The notes beneath the pieces are model-generated. The model was not told the DNA's origin, made no database searches, and was given only the letters and a program-made list of their open reading frames with translations. Position numbers and translations under genes: made by a program. Shown in pieces: positions 41,532 to 56,970 of a stretch of 64,000 nucleotides of DNA (positions are counted from its first letter, which is position 1; every line of letters starts with the position of its first letter). Origin of the DNA: Callorhinchus milii (Eukaryota); the NCBI RefSeq assembly GCF_018977255.1, contig NW_024704742.1:51152001-51216000 (forward strand). Direction: 5' to 3'.

Positions 41532-44500
41532 TTAGAAATCCCTTTCAACACACATCCCAAAAAACTACATAAACATTCTTTGGATGCATAATCTAGCAAA
41601 CATTAATCTATTAAAAATAGTAATGGCAGTTCCATGAATGCTCAATCTGTACATGTAAATGTAGGACTAGAGATTACAAAGTCAACGTTTTATCCCACTT
41701 TTGTGAATGTCAGGTAACAATTTACAATTATGTAATAATAAAAATATCTTGCATTTACGTAGAAGTTACGCAATACAATTTTAAGTTATATTCATATAGC
41801 GCCTTTCACATCAGGAAGACGTCCCAACGTGCTAAACACTACATGGTGTATAGTGCAAGTTATAATGACCAATTTAGCTGAGTGAACAGGGAACAGGAAA
41901 ATAAGAGATTCAAAGGCACTGACCAAATGAATTGTTAAACAGATGTAATAGGTTTTTGAAAGCAAGGAGGGAGATAACAACCCAAATTAGTTTTGAGGAA
42001 AGTTCCAGAGAACAGAGCATGATGGCTGAAAGCTCATCAGTGATGATGGAGCAAGAAGTGAGCAATAAATTAAGAGTTGAAAGAGCACTCACTGTCCATG
42101 GTTGCTTATCTACAATATACCTACAATATACGGTCAATTCACTTTACAGTCTATTCTGTGAAGCGCTTTGAGAAGTCGAGAAGACGTGAAAAACGCTGTA
42201 TCAACTGCAACAATTATTATTATTATCTATGAAGAATGGGCAGCAGGAGTCGTTACCTCAGGGGAGAAGGGAAGAGAAGGCAGAAAACTGGCAAACAAAA
42301 CACTGACAAGAGCAGAAAGGAGCCAATATTTAAATACAGTACCTCCAAACAATGCATTATACACAAATGCAGTATTATCCCTCCTTACACAAAGTTACAG
42401 CTTTTTGTTCCAAAGTTAAGGCATCCATTTTAGTGAGGGGGATGCAACAGACCACCATGATAAAATAATTTCATTAAACTTGAAATCCCGATTACCAGGT
42501 AATGCAGCAGATTGGAGCATCAATGTGAAGCATCACTGGATTGGAAAGTTACAGGTTGTGATTCCTCCTATTCTACAAATTAACAACGTCACTAAGTGGG
42601 GCTCTGCCATTTCTCTATTGGAAAAGAGGAAAATTGGATGTTCGACTTCTCACTGCCCCCCTTCACTGGATAGCAATGTGTTAAAAAAGTAGCAATAATA
42701 ATAAAGTAGAACTCCATTATAAGGAGGGTTGCTTTATCAGGTGATTACCCTGTGGATCCTCAGTTTTTTTTGATGCTTGGACCAGCTGCTGAAATTAGCT
42801 GACCTCCAAGTTGCCAGATCATCACTAACCGCACTTCCTGAGTACTGCTCTTATGTGCAGGAAGTGCTTGTGTTCAGTGTGCTATCAACCCCAAGTTCAC
42901 CATTTTCTAGCCAGCAGGGGTGCAAAGGAAATGATTTTGCAACATCCTACTATAATGTAAAGTTTGGGCTGATGGAAACCAAACCAAAAAAACATGGTAC
43001 AATTTTTTTTCTAGACTTGCACTAAGATAGCACTTTTCAGCACAGGATTCAACCATTACAGAGAACACCATGTATCCTCACTTGTCTACAAAAATATAGT
43101 GAATACACCTACAATGAATCCCGTGAAGTACTTTTTGAGACATCCTCTCGACTTGAAAGGTGTGGTATCAAATGCAAGGATTATTATTATTATTATCTGT
43201 ACATTCATTTATCCTCTGCAAAACTGAATTTGGGCTTGTAATACTTGTAAAAAAAATGTTTAACACAATTGGGTGTGCAGAGTTACAGGGTTTGAGATTT
43301 ACTCTCTGAACTGCAGAGTGAAGATAGTGTGATCAACAATGGTTGTGGTTTTTGTTTCCTTGCAATGTTTAGGAATGGAACAAACAAGAAAATCTTCAGA
43401 GACAAAGCGATAGAGAACAGAAGTTCTGTCAATTTTAATTACTAAAGAAACACACTGATAAAGGTATTGAAGAAATAGGATGACAGACTGATCAGATCCC
43501 AGAATGAAAAGAACATTACTTTTAGAAGGTAACATACTTTCAGAAGGTAATATATTATTATAAGTGATTTTCTGTTTCAATTGCACTCGCTGTTCTTTTA
43601 ACATTTCTACTTTGTGATGGGGCTAAAATAGAATTTGAAGTTGTCCAATAAAAGGTATTTATAATTTTGAACAAAGCATACAACTTCTAATCTTGTTTAT
43701 ATCAGGCATTTCTGCTAATTTACTTTCTCACATATTTTTATTCTTTTAACACATTTCAAAGAGATGCATAAATTATGCTGAAATACAAAAAGAGATCTAG
43801 AATACAGAAATTTAAGAAAATTTAAACAAGATTATACAAAGTTATGCTGGACATATGTCAGTAGATAAAAAATGGAACTTTAAGCATGCTCACAAAACTT
43901 CTTGTGAAGTTTCTTACATGCTTTCATTGTGTAAATCATTCAAAGCAAAGAAATATCAAGAAAATGAAGTAAACACAAAGATACTAGGGGATTTAGCAAT
44001 CCACCCCCCACATCCAAAAGCAAAGATTTAAGCATTTAAATGGGCAAGATTACACAAACAATTAGCATCCTTGGTTTTCACAAAGTGAAAAGTTGCAGTA
44101 CACCTGAAAAACTATTGTCTAAAATATAGATTATACACTTAAGATTCCCAGAGACAGCTGGGGTAGATTTTGAGCAGACTACAAATAATGTTGCGCTGAA
44201 GCACTGAAGTTCCAATCAGTAGTGACTAATTCAGGTCTGAGCATGGGTGCAATGTGCAGGAAGCTACCTGATGACCCTAAATTTGGCTATTTTTAAACAC
44301 AGGAAGCCAGCTAGTCAATATTTCGAATTGGGTGCATAACACTTTTGGTTAGCAAGGGTCCATAGGACACCAATGCTGTGAACAAAGGCAGCTATACTGG
44401 TGGGTGATGGGGAACTTAGCTGCCAATTAGTTTTCTTGTGTGATGAGGTGGGAAGAGGAAGATCAGACCTCTTCCCACCAGATCATTCCTGGATGCCTTT

Positions 44501-45014
44501 GAGTCATCAGTTCAGAGTAACGATCTTGGACACATGTGGGTATACATCATTAAAATCCAACAGTGAGAAAGCCAAAGGCTTTTCCTAAAATTTACTTCAA
44601 GACAAACTATTTTTTCTTCCCCCAATTACTCTTTGTCTTAATTTTCTCAGTTGTCTCTGTGTTTCCTAGTTAATTTTTCTTTTCAATGCATTCCTGTTTT
44701 TGCTTTTATTTGGCTGCCTAATTCTAAATTTATTTTTCTCTGTTTTGGTCTTCCAATATCTCACCCCATTCCCTGGCCTATGACTAGCTGGCAACCTCCT
44801 CCTTGGCTTCTATCAAAGCAACTCTTGAAATGGCTGATAAAATCTGTGTGGGGATCACCATGAAGGTGAGGTACAGTGGACAGTATATGGAACCAAGCCC
44901 TTCGATAAGTCTGTGACGTCTGGAACTGAGGGAAGACGATTCAATTTCTTAAAAAACTAGTTTCTTCCCAAATTGCATTACCTGTAAAATAAAAACATCT
45001 GCAAAATTGATATA

Positions 45015-45188
45015 TAGTGAACTCCTGATAATTCGGCACTCCAGAGGAAAAGGGCTCAGGGACAAATTATCTGAAGTGGTGAGTCAGGCATATGTATAAA
45101 TACATAAATTACTGCTGGGATATTGAAAGCGTGATGACTTATGGGTCGTGACAAGTTGAGCCAGGGTCGAGGTATCAGGATTTTACTG
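45015..45188. mobile_element. Tc1/mariner-pogo (Tigger-like) MITE with TA target duplication
   Basis: TA|tagtgaactcctgataattcg ... cgaggtatcaggattttactg|TA, imperfect ~21-bp TIRs of the CAGT type. Confidence 0.7.
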
Positions 45189-45256
45189 TAATCTTGAAAC
45201 ATCAATATTGTTTAATCATACTTAAATATCAATACTTGGGCATTTCTGCATTATTA

Positions 45257-45481
<225 letters not shown>

Positions 45482-45624
45482 TCAAGGACCAAAACAACAC
45501 ACAATGAACACACCTAGGCTTGCTTAACAGAACAGATACATGTCTTTGGGCTGCCAGGCTGTGACAAGCAAATTCCCCAGGGATCGTTTACTAGTCCTGC
45601 AGCTGTTCACTGTAACAACAATTC

Positions 45625-46100
45625 TGAGTTGGGCAAGAAGGGAATATATCCAAGTTTGCAGACAACACAAAGCTTCTTTGTTTGGTGAACTCAGAAGAAT
45701 AGTGTAAAAGTTTTAAAACAGATACTGATAAGATTAGGTGAGTAGTTGTTAAGTATATATTTGGCAAATATAATTCAAAGTAGTAAAATATAGATTTTTG
45801 CAGTAAAAATAAGGGATGGAAACGTAAATTCAATGGGAGGTCCTAGAGGGACGAGCTGAATAAAGGGACGTGGGTGTAGTATTAAAAAAATTAAAGACAC
45901 AGGTACAAATAGTCACTAGCAGGGCAAATGGGTTCTTAGCTAGAGGCACTGAATTTAAAAGCATGGAAATACTGTTGAGGTTGTGTATGGAATTGGTGAG
46001 AATGCAATTACAATATAATAAATATAATAGAATGCACTTGGAATACAGCACGGGATCTTCTGTGGCACATTGCACTCCATGGGCTAAATTGCTAACTCCT
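45625..46100 (+). mobile_element. Old CR1 RT fragment
   Basis: atatccaagtttgcagacaacacaaagct (ISKFADNTKL); GTEFKSMEILLRLCMELVR..HLEY. Confidence 0.7.
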
Positions 46101-46492
46101 GTTCCTCATTCTTATGTTCATGGAAAGGTTAACTACACATTAGATAAAACAATATAAAACATTGTTCTGGCTAAGTGCAAGTGAGGGTTTCCCCTCAAAC
46201 AAGATAATACATTTCCAAAGCTATTGCAGTCTTCTTCCCCCTCACATCCCTGCCTTTCTCACTGAGTCACACAGGCTGCTTGTATCTTCTTATGTTATCT
46301 TTTGTTTTCTGTATTATACAATAATACTAACATGCAATTTAGTGGGTAATCAAAAGTTGTTTTACTAGCAAGGATATTTTAATGCGGTTCTAAAATACCC
46401 CCCATAAGAGATCGCTATCTCTTTTGGTCATAGAACAGAAGTACTGACACAGCTGTAACCTCGAGGCTATATAGCAATGGAACGATCACTTA

Positions 46493-46600
<108 letters not shown>

Positions 46601-47544
46601 CTAAAATAAAACTGTGCTTAATAAAAGCAAACCTAGATCCTATAAAATGAACATCAAACAGCAATCTAGAAGTTTTGACTTTCACATCATCACAGTTTCA
46701 TATAAGAATATAACAAAAGCATGTAACACCTCTCCACCTGTCACTTATTAATGCTGTTATTAATTTTGTGCAGATATTTTTCAGAGTAGACTGTTCCCTT
46801 GCAGAAGGAGAACCACTAGTCTAGGAAGGAACCAAGATGAATTTAGGAGGTAATGGCAAATCATGAACACAGAAAATGCATTTGCTTTCATTTTTTCACA
46901 ATACAATGCATGGATCATCAAAAGTGTAATGCAGAAAGGTCTCCAAAACATTACAACATTGTCGCAGCCTCAAACTTGGCAAAGATTTGCATTTTATTTA
47001 CATATTGTTCACTACGCTGCAGACCAACATTTTACTGCCAACTGCTTTGCATACAGCAGTTGCACAGTAAATTCCCAAAACATTTTCAGCATTAGTATTG
47101 GTATTTTAATCATCATCCACAATTTCCTATAGTTCCCAAAATAACTGAGAAGTTTAACAAGGTTTCTGAATATTTTATTTCATTCTATCATCATACAATT
47201 CCAGAACAGCAAAACAACAGCTTGAATTTTACAGTGCCCTTCATGCAGGATGGTCTAGGAGCACTATATTATTGTACAGCAAAATAGCTGAAAAAACATT
47301 GAATTTGCTAGGTTATAGTTGGCATGCAGAGCACCAATCTTCACAGAAGAAGACAGCCCTATAATATAGGGAATCTTTTTCTTTCAGTCTGCAATTTCCA
47401 CCACTGCTGGAGCCTAACCCAAAGGTAACCATCAAATGGAAGAGGGAGACAAAGACCTGCTACCCTTGCAGGGACACCAGAAAGTTGGGTTGCTTATAAC
47501 TGGTGAATCTGAATAGAAATGTTCCATAAATCTGCAAGAATTAC

Positions 47545-47762
47545 TCTGGAATTCCATCCTGCAGTCCCTGCATCTCGCCCCCTCCCTCGTCACCTTCAGA
47601 CCCTCCTCTTCGACCGTGCTTTCGATTTCCCTGCTTCCCCCTCTGCCCTCCCACCTCCCCCACGCCGACCCTCAGCTCAGGTCCATAACTCTGTCTATCC
47701 AGCGCCTTGGGACATCCTCCCAACTTGAAAGTCGTTATATAAATGTAATAATGTTGTTGTTG
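47545..47762 (+). mobile_element. L2 3' fragment
   Basis: ctctggaattccatc...ctcttcgaccgtgcttt...cagcgccttgggacatcc...(gtt)n. Confidence 0.82.
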
Positions 47763-49845
47763 CTCTTTCTGATGTCAACTACATAAAGTATATGTAAGAA
47801 TACCAATCATATAACAAATGGATTACTCTTGACAAGAGCAACTAGATTTCCTGCAAAGGAAATGAGAGAAATAAGAATCCACTCAATTAAGCACTTAGCC
47901 AGATATTGTTTAGATACAATACCCACGGATCATGCACTGAACCTTGGAACTGTACGTAACAAATACTGATTTGACCGACTGTGAATGGTTTTATTCTATC
48001 CACACAGTACACTAATGTTCTACAAGCATCCACACAATGAAACGGATGCTCTAAGTTGGATTTCTGTGGAGAGAGATAAAATGAGGAGATTGTGATTTTT
48101 GGCGTAAATGGAAATGGAGACTATCTTTGGAGAGAAACAGGATCTGTCTGAAATATTACACAATCGGGAACCAAATTGGTTAGCATGATCCATCGGCAAG
48201 CAGGGCATGCAACTCACTAATAAAATGGGTTCAACTTATATCCTCCAAACAGATAGTCTTCCATGACAAGAAGTTTACTCGAATGGCATCCAAAGGCTCA
48301 AAGTGTATATAAACTGATGGGTCATTATTTCAGTGCAAAATTTGAGAGATGAAGTTTGTTCAAGTTCATTCAACAAGAAACTAAAGGATCAACAATTAAA
48401 CTCAAATGAAAAAAGCCATAACAGTTCATTGCCCTTACAAACTTACTGGGGTGTGCTGACCAACTACATTAAATGTAACCGTCTAAAACTGAAAAACAAC
48501 ACTTCTTCAAAAATTATCTTTTGGTACATTTTTTGGGTAGGTTAATGGAGCAAAGGTCTCAACCCCCTATGATGTTACTAATCACAAGAATAAATTATTT
48601 AGCATATGACTCACAACTATGACTGCATCGTGAACTGTCCACCATTCTAATTTGCAAGTTCACCTTACATATTGTGATTCCTTGGTAATAGCTTTTTAAA
48701 AACTAAATAAAAAATTTAATGACCCGAAGACAACTTTTTTTTTATAATTCTGATAGATTTTCAGTGATAAACTTAGATTAATGCAGATTATTAACTATGT
48801 CTCACCAATAGAATTTAAGATTTTCATCCGCTCAAGAAATCTATCTGAATGTAGATTTGATGTGTACAATGAGATACATTTCTCAGCCTGATGGATAATG
48901 GCATTTTTTAAAAACCTGCTTAAAAATATTGTGTAAGCTGAACAAAACCTATTCTGAGATTTGATAGATTTTCAGTTCTACAGTTTCTAAAGCTTTTAAA
49001 ATAAAGTGATAATAGCTGAGGAGAAAAAAAGCCTTGCTCAACCAAGCACTAAAATGTGGTTTAGTGGGGAGAATGATGATATCCACACACAATGTGAAAA
49101 CTAGGTTCAAAGAAAAATAGATCATTGAAAGAGCAATCAATGAAACACGAGAGCAGTGAAGTATAAAGCTCTTCGTACTGGCCAACTGGTGGAAGAAAGA
49201 ATGACTGTTTTATAGGCAAGGGGAATGGAAGCATGAAATTAGATGAGTGAATAGTGTGTCTAGAGTGTCATGCCAATATGATGTCTTTTCACCTTCCTGA
49301 GCTTGTGACCGCTTTCACAAGTGCAAACATTGCGATTTGTAGCATCAGTAAAGAACACCTCATGCTGTGAGTCATTGTTTTAGCAATTTTCAGAAAATGC
49401 AATGGACTGATCAGTTTACCACGCTAGAAAGAAAATGTTTCCTTATACAGTACAGTATGTATTATTGCCAAGAAGTCAATTTTTTTCAGCATCCGAATGT
49501 TGTCACACGACACCCAGCGGCTTATCTCAACATAGTTAAGTGCAGCCAGGTTATCCAGCGGCAAAGGAGAACTGTCCCGCTCTGATTGTGTTTACCACAC
49601 CCACCCAAGGTTCAACATGCAATCTCTAATTGAAAGGTCCATATAAGCTTGTGGAAGACCAATAAAATTCCACAGGCCATTAAGACAATCATTTACCTCA
49701 TCTGGTTCAAGGGTTTTAATATCATGATTATTTTGACACAAAGAAAGAATTTGCAGAGTAGCTCAAAACTACATTTCACTAAGCAAGAACATACCTTTTC
49801 ACATTGTGGTTAGTGCAATTGGAAAAAGGGCAAATAGCCAACTTA

Positions 49846-49953
<108 letters not shown>

Positions 49954-50802
49954 TTATGTTCTTTGTGTTTTTAGGATGCATATAACCCAGATTTTTTATT
50001 TGCTAACACTTTGGTCTCTGTGTCCCTCCACTCCCGCCCCCAGCAAACCATAATATCTCAACTTCAACATGTGAACGTACTATTTTTTTAACCCATTTTA
50101 TACCACCCTCCTCTCCTAAAGGTGTTAGCTATCCTTCATTGGCTATTGTTTCATGGCTATTAATAGCCCTCTCAAACCTCACCCAATTGTCCATTCTTCA
50201 CATGCTAACAGGTTATTCAACTGCAGCAAACACTTGTTCACCAACTGGCTGGAAAAGTTGCTTTAGAGTAAATGATGAAAAGTAAAACATTCATATTGAT
50301 CTTTCTGGTAAAACTCAAGAGAAAAATTCTATTTCTCATGTGTTGTTGTAGTATAGTTAAATCAGCCTCTTTTATTTATTAAATCAACTTTCTTCAGCGC
50401 CTTGGGACGTCATCCCGACGTGACAGGTGCTAAACAAATGTAATATTTTGTATTTCGTATTGCATTAAATATACAAGCCTGTTGGTGAACTGTTTAGAGT
50501 TATAGCAGGATATGGAACTTCACATTGAATTGTACAATCACCAAGTCAATAAAATGAGGAAAAAAAGAGATGGAAATACAAACAAATAACAGGAAAGAAA
50601 AAAAAATCATGAAAATAGTAAAATGATAATAATAAATCACAGAAGAGAACAGCAAAACAAAGGAAAGAGAAAATGAAAGTTAAAGATAACAAGTGAGACA
50701 GAGAAAGGAACAGCGAAATAAGAAGCTACAAGAAAGAAAATGGGACAGACAGAGAAACGATTATTATGTTTTTTGAACAGCAGCGCACACACAGGCGGGG
50801 GG

Positions 50803-50822
50803 GAGAGAGAGAGAGAGGAGAG

Positions 50823-50851
<29 letters not shown>
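50803..50851. repeat. Compound (GA)n(CA)n microsatellite
   Basis: gagagagaga...acacacac. Confidence 0.9.
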
Positions 50852-50853
<2 letters not shown>

Positions 50854-50990
50854 CTTGTGAATCTTTAGGCTACCAGTTATGGAAGATTTTAATCCTATAA
50901 ATTCAGCAATATTCAAAAGCTGTTCCCAGAAATGAAACAACAGTATGCTACTCCATCGCCTCAGTTCACTCGAGAAATAGTGTGAAAAAA

Positions 50991-51064
50991 AACTCATTAC
51001 TGGTATGACTCCCTGCAAATCACATTCCAACTCATTAGTGATATGACTCCTTGCAAATCACATT
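50991..51064. repeat. 38-bp tandem duplication
   Basis: aactcatta(c/g)tg(g/a)tatgactcc(c/t)tgcaaatcacatt x2. Confidence 0.85.
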
Positions 51065-52099
51065 AGCCTTGTAAATATGAAAACCTGAGCGGAAAAGGTA
51101 TATCAATCCCTGAGACCTTAGTTGTGCAAAAAAATGTACAGTGAAATGATTATGTAAATGCACTGTACCTTACAACATAACTGCATTCCATGTGGTTCAA
51201 CCAAGAATTTACCCAGTTGGGCTGATTTTTTAATAAAATGTTAAAGACACTAATTTACTAGCTCAGTCTGATGCAAATAGCATCCTAATTAACTCGGACA
51301 AAGATTATGCTGTATAGATTGCATATCTAGGCAGAAGTTTATCAAGTGATGAAGAATATCCCCACATTTCTACCCACATGCTGTATTATAATTCTTTCAA
51401 AGGCCACCAGTACATGTCAAGTAGAGTCGGAAAACATTCATCATTTTATTTCTCAACAGCCCCAGCAATTAACTTTTCCAAAATGTGTCGCTGAATTCTT
51501 TTACGAGGAGTAATAATCTAGTTTTAAAACATCAATATGCTTACATTTACTCAGATTTTTACTTAAGTAAAATTAATAGGTTTAAATCAAATGAAAATGG
51601 TAAGGGCAGCAGATTCTGACACAGATTGTACGAGTGCCTCAGTCATGAGTTTACTGCATCTGTCCTACTGCCATGGAAACAGTTAAGCTGCAGTGGGACA
51701 AGAATGCACAGCTGCAGTATCTTCACTTCGATAGGCCCAAGAGGGTGAGGATTCAGCAGTAGCTCCAACAATTTAGATTTTTTTCAGCACAACATTTCCA
51801 TTTTTCTGCGATTTGTGAAAGAATCACCATTCTTGGATTTTTTTTACACCAATTTTCTTCTCTTCATAAGTGTTGGCCTTTTCTTTCCATTGGGGTACAT
51901 TCCATAGGCACCATCACCCAAGTGGTCATTCCTAATGTTTGAGCTATTTGGCTAATCTACAGCCAAGGATGATGGTTTCTTCACCCTACATCTACAAATG
52001 TATAATTGCCAGTAAGTCACTAGATAGTCTGCTCCCTTACCCAGAAGCAACGGCATGACCATACTTTATAAACCACTGATAACATCTGCTATAGATTCA

Positions 52100-52252
<153 letters not shown>

Positions 52253-52984
52253 CTATTTTTGCTCGATGTATTAGCTATTTTTGCTCTTCCCATAATTGGA
52301 CCTGTTACATATATTATATGCACAGCCACCATCTAGATATTTTAATTTAATCAGTTACAAAATAAACTGCAGTGAAATGGGAATGTGGAGGAAATCCTAC
52401 AGGCAAACATTTGAATATCTTAGCAGGCTCCTGAGGTGAACTATTGCATTCTATTAAAACAGGCACCATAAAACTGAAGACTTAAATAGTTGTGATGGAT
52501 TATATACAAAAGGAATATGTCATACATAAAAGATTATTTTTCTTACTAAAACTCACTTTTCCAGTACAGTAACTTTCCATTTGACAATTAATGGTACAAT
52601 GAGTAATTCCACCTTTTTGGGTAGATGATTCCATATACTTCTGACTCATTGAAAAACAAAGTTTTGCTGATGTATGCCCTGGAGTACTTGTCACTAATCT
52701 ACTTCATGCTCACTGGTTTTTATCTTCTTGGGTAATTTTGAAGTAATATTCACATATCTCAAAATACCTCTGGTTATAAGGTTTTGCATCAACAAAGGTT
52801 TGTGGTGTCGGTGGGGGGGGGGGGGGGAGGAAAGCAAGAGTTTGAAGCAGTGGCATACCACTGATCTACCTAGCCTACCCATCTACCTTCACAGAGGAAT
52901 CTATGTTAGAGCTAGGACCTCAAGGTAACAGAATGTGAATTATATACATTTACTTTCAATGTTACAGCATGTGCATAAACTAAA

Positions 52985-53240
52985 TATAAGATAGCCAGTA
53001 GCAGATTTAAAAAGGAATTTAGGAGAAACATCTTTACATGGGCAGTAAGAATGTGGAATCTAGTGTTGGAAGCTGTGGATGAAGCAGAAAGTATTAACCT
53101 ATTTAAGATGAAATCTGACATCTTCATGAGGAAGAAGGAAACAGAGGGTTTTGGAATTAGGCAGCATAGAGGCTCATGTATAAACACTGGCACAGACTAG
53201 TTGGGCCGATTGGCCTGTTTTCATGCTGTAACATTTAATG
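52985..53240 (+). mobile_element. CR1 3'-end fragment
   Basis: aggagaaacatcttt...agaatgtggaat...; terminus gttgggccgattggcctgttttcatgctgtaa. Confidence 0.7.
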
Positions 53241-54311
53241 TAATTCCACTTTATTTTATCATTTTAACTTCTTTATATTCTAAATAGTGGCAAAGAAAGT
53301 ACTTGCCTGCTGATCAGAATCAAAATGTGCAAGAAAGTGAAAAGCTAAAAAAAGTCTGAAAATGTGCATTTGTTTTATTGTAACACTATTTAAAACAGTA
53401 GTGATAAGGTACCTTCAAAAATAAGAAAAACCTCTACATATCAGAGGAATGGTAAGTGGAGTTTTTACTGCCATTTCCATTAAGTAAAACTGCTGAAGTG
53501 ACAGATTCAGAATATATTACATAAACAGCACCTCATTAATACAAACTATAGTGTATTTGACTTACAGCCTCCTCCAAACAAACTACTGCACAGAGATTAA
53601 TTTATTAGCAAGTCAGCATGCTACCTTTACTTTCTCTAGCTAGACCTACTGTTTCTAGTTACAGGGATACAAGAGTATTCAACAGTGATTCATCCTGTAA
53701 TTCTAACCCTGTAACTTTTAAGGGAATCCAGGCAGCTGTCTGTACATTGCATATTTCTCCATGAAATAAACAGGTATAAAGGCTAAGTGGAAAATATCTT
53801 CTCTAAAATTACAAACAAGGATTTCCCAGTTTATAATAATTAAATGCACAATTCTGATATAACCAAAGCCATATCATAAAAGTCTGCAATAAAGTGCATA
53901 TGAATTCTAAGCCTCCTTTTTTGTTTTGAGGGAGTTTATTGAACTTCGCTAAAATGTTTACACATTATTTAATAATTATATTTCGCTCACAAAATATACA
54001 GTTAGTTCACTTTACGATATAATCTGTGAAGCGCTTTTTTTTAGGAGAAAATAGCAGTCATTTACTGTGTTTTCTATTGAATAAGAATCCTGTGAGGCAA
54101 TCTTTCCATTAAGCAAGATGATTGTTTTGGATGTGGGTTTGCTCCCACGATTCCTCACATGACATGTTCCCATTCTTGGTTAATTGCCATTGGGAGTGGC
54201 ATTGAACACACAGTTTAGATGCACAGACAAGAGATTTGTGGAAAAAAGAATATTTTCAGTTGCTTGCCTATTCAAGCCACTCTTATACATATCTAATTTC
54301 TAAATCACTTA

Positions 54312-54470
<159 letters not shown>

Positions 54471-54907
54471 TCAGAAACTGATCACCATGGACTGAAATGA
54501 ATCCCCACTTTAAACAAATATACTTGAGATCGTTTTCTTATGGGATAAACACAGATGGATAAAAAGACAAAATAAAAGATGCATCAAAATAGAACAATGT
54601 GGTTAAAAACAGTAAGAGAAATAAAAATCTGATAATAGATAGGTAACGGGTGCAGTGTGAATCTCATTGAAGGTAAAGTCAAATAGGGCAGACAGATACA
54701 CCCATAAAATTCAAAGTGCGGCTCCTACTTTCATTCAAATCTAGAAAATGTAAACCTTTAACAATACTGGACATACGTTAAAAGTGATTTTTACAACACA
54801 GAGTAATTACAGTACTTATTTTGAGGGAAGGCTGCTAGTTTTAAAATCTAAACAAAAAGTTCAAACCCATTGAACAAAAAAGCTAAAACTCAGAAAAATT
54901 ATATTTC

Positions 54908-55066
54908 TGCAGGATCGAGTTCCAGATGGTGGGGGCAGAGAGCTTGAAGGCCCACCCTCCAATGGTGGGGCGTGAAGCAGACCGGAGACCGCTGAGTGGA
55001 GGGAGCAGTCAAGTTGGTAGGGGGTTAGGAGGTCATGGAGGTAGGGAGGAGCAAGGCCATGGAGGG
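54908..55066 (-). mobile_element. L2 ORF2 C-terminal fragment
   Basis: ALHGLAPPYLHDLLTPYQLDCSLHSAVSGLLHAP vs [34 protein letters not shown] in the L2 at 2220-5201. Confidence 0.82.
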
Positions 55067-55585
55067 CTTGCTCCATTGCCGGATGAATCCCTCCAGGAAG
55101 AGAGTGTGCACTCCATTCCAACCATCTATCTCTGAAATTTCCATGTGTAGGTGGAATGCATGGAATTCCCAGCTTGGCCTGGACACTCCCAAACAGGGTG
55201 ATGTCAGAACACCCGGTTGATCAAAAAGAAGGCACACTCTGATCTTTCACTCCCAGGGACAGGCCGGTCAGCAGTGAGGACCAACCCTAGTGAATATTCC
55301 CTTTTCTCAGGCCAACTTTGATTCTTCCTTTCCTGTTGATGGAATCTCTGGCCACTCGCACACAGCCTTGTTCCCCTCCTGCACCTCCCAATTGTATCTC
55401 CCTGATGTGAATCTCTCAGATCCCAGGCCACAGGCCCAGTGATCAAACCTCTCCAGGGTGTTGAGGAGCTTCTGCAGTTTGTCTCTGTGTCGCACACTGG
55501 TCACTTTTGGAGACAGGACAAGCTCAGGATGGGCTGAGTTTGGATCCAGAGTCAGAGAGGCTGGAGCTGAGCTGATAACATTTCA
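55067..55585 (-). pseudogene. Decayed TRIM-family PRY-SPRY (B30.2) domain fragment
   Basis: 55582->55307 reads [67 protein letters not shown], i.e. LDP, ERFD, LG.E.FTSGR..WEV motifs; frameshifted continuation LSLGVK/IRVCL. Confidence 0.82.
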
Positions 55586-56915
55586 AATTGCTGAATCACC
55601 AATTTTTGGGTTCTCTCCAATTCCAAATTTGGAATACAGTAAAATTCTGTAGAAGTTGAATACGCAATTTGACAGCAAATTTTATTCAATAACCCAAACT
55701 ATTCATATAACAGGACTAAATATAAGAGGACACCATTCTCCCAGAGCTCGAGCTGAACAACCTCCGACTGCAATCAGATGCATCCTCACTCACATATGAC
55801 TAACCCACCAATTGACAGTGACGCCTCTGGGGAGTATGGCCAAGGGAAGGAGAGAACATTCGCTGCACTACAGAAGGTAGTGATTTGGGACATTGTGTTT
55901 ATCCAGATTTAGATTAATTGTTTTGTATAGGAATGGTCACGGGGAAAAATTGTTCAATAAACAAATTTATTTATATATTCATTATTCAATTAACTGATCT
56001 ATATTCTTAGATTGGGCATGCAAATGGTTTGGGATTTCTAAATTCTATTCAATGAACCGAACTATTTAATTATCCTAGATTCAATTAATTGAATTTCACT
56101 GTATTGTGCTTGGCAATTGTTACCAGAGATTTACATCTCTGGTCGCAGCATTGTATAATATTGAACCTAAAGAAAGACCTTGCTAGTAGTACTGTACTTT
56201 CACCAACCTATGCAATCAACATCTCCAATCTTATGTTATACAACATGCAAAGTAAGTATATTCTGTGTCAGGAAACAGCTTCAGTAAATACTTCTCCTGA
56301 TCGCCAAAGGAAACCTGTGAGAAACATTTTAAATGTGATTGGGCTGAGTGCGAGGATCCAATCACAGTATCTAGATGTTTGTCTAGATATGGCCATTTCT
56401 GAGCAGTTGTAGCCATCTTGCAAGCTGTATCAATATAAAATTGTGCTGTGCTACTGTAATTCCAATTTGGTACCGATAGATATATGGATAATACAGAAAA
56501 TCACTAATTAGTCAGCTCAGGAGTTTTGGTGATTAATCTTCACAATGTCACCATGTACAGAATTGTTGACCTTTCAGTTTCCCTATTCTATATATCACCA
56601 CCTGTTCAGAAGTGCAGAAACCTATTCCAAACCTTTGCTCCTCTGTACCTAGATGCCTTGAACTAGAATTGATTAGAGTGACCTACTGATTTTTCCTCTC
56701 ACTCTTGTTGGGTTTTGTTGAGATCCTTCCAACAGTGTATCATCTGTAATCCGCTATGAGGAGCCCAACACAACATTTTCCAATGAATAATATACCTACA
56801 GCAAAGATCTGAAATCCTCAAACCCTCTGATCCACAGTGTCCTCTACATACCTAGTTATCCTAAACCCTTCTGAAATTTACACATCAATTAATATATATT
56901 TTGTTTCCCATTCAT

Positions 56916-56970
56916 TTCCTGTTAATGTGATTTTAGTTGGTTCCTGTTAACATGATTTTAGTTGGTTCCT
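56916..56970. repeat. 25-bp tandem duplication
   Basis: ttcctgttaa(tg/ca)tgattttagttgg x2. Confidence 0.85.
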
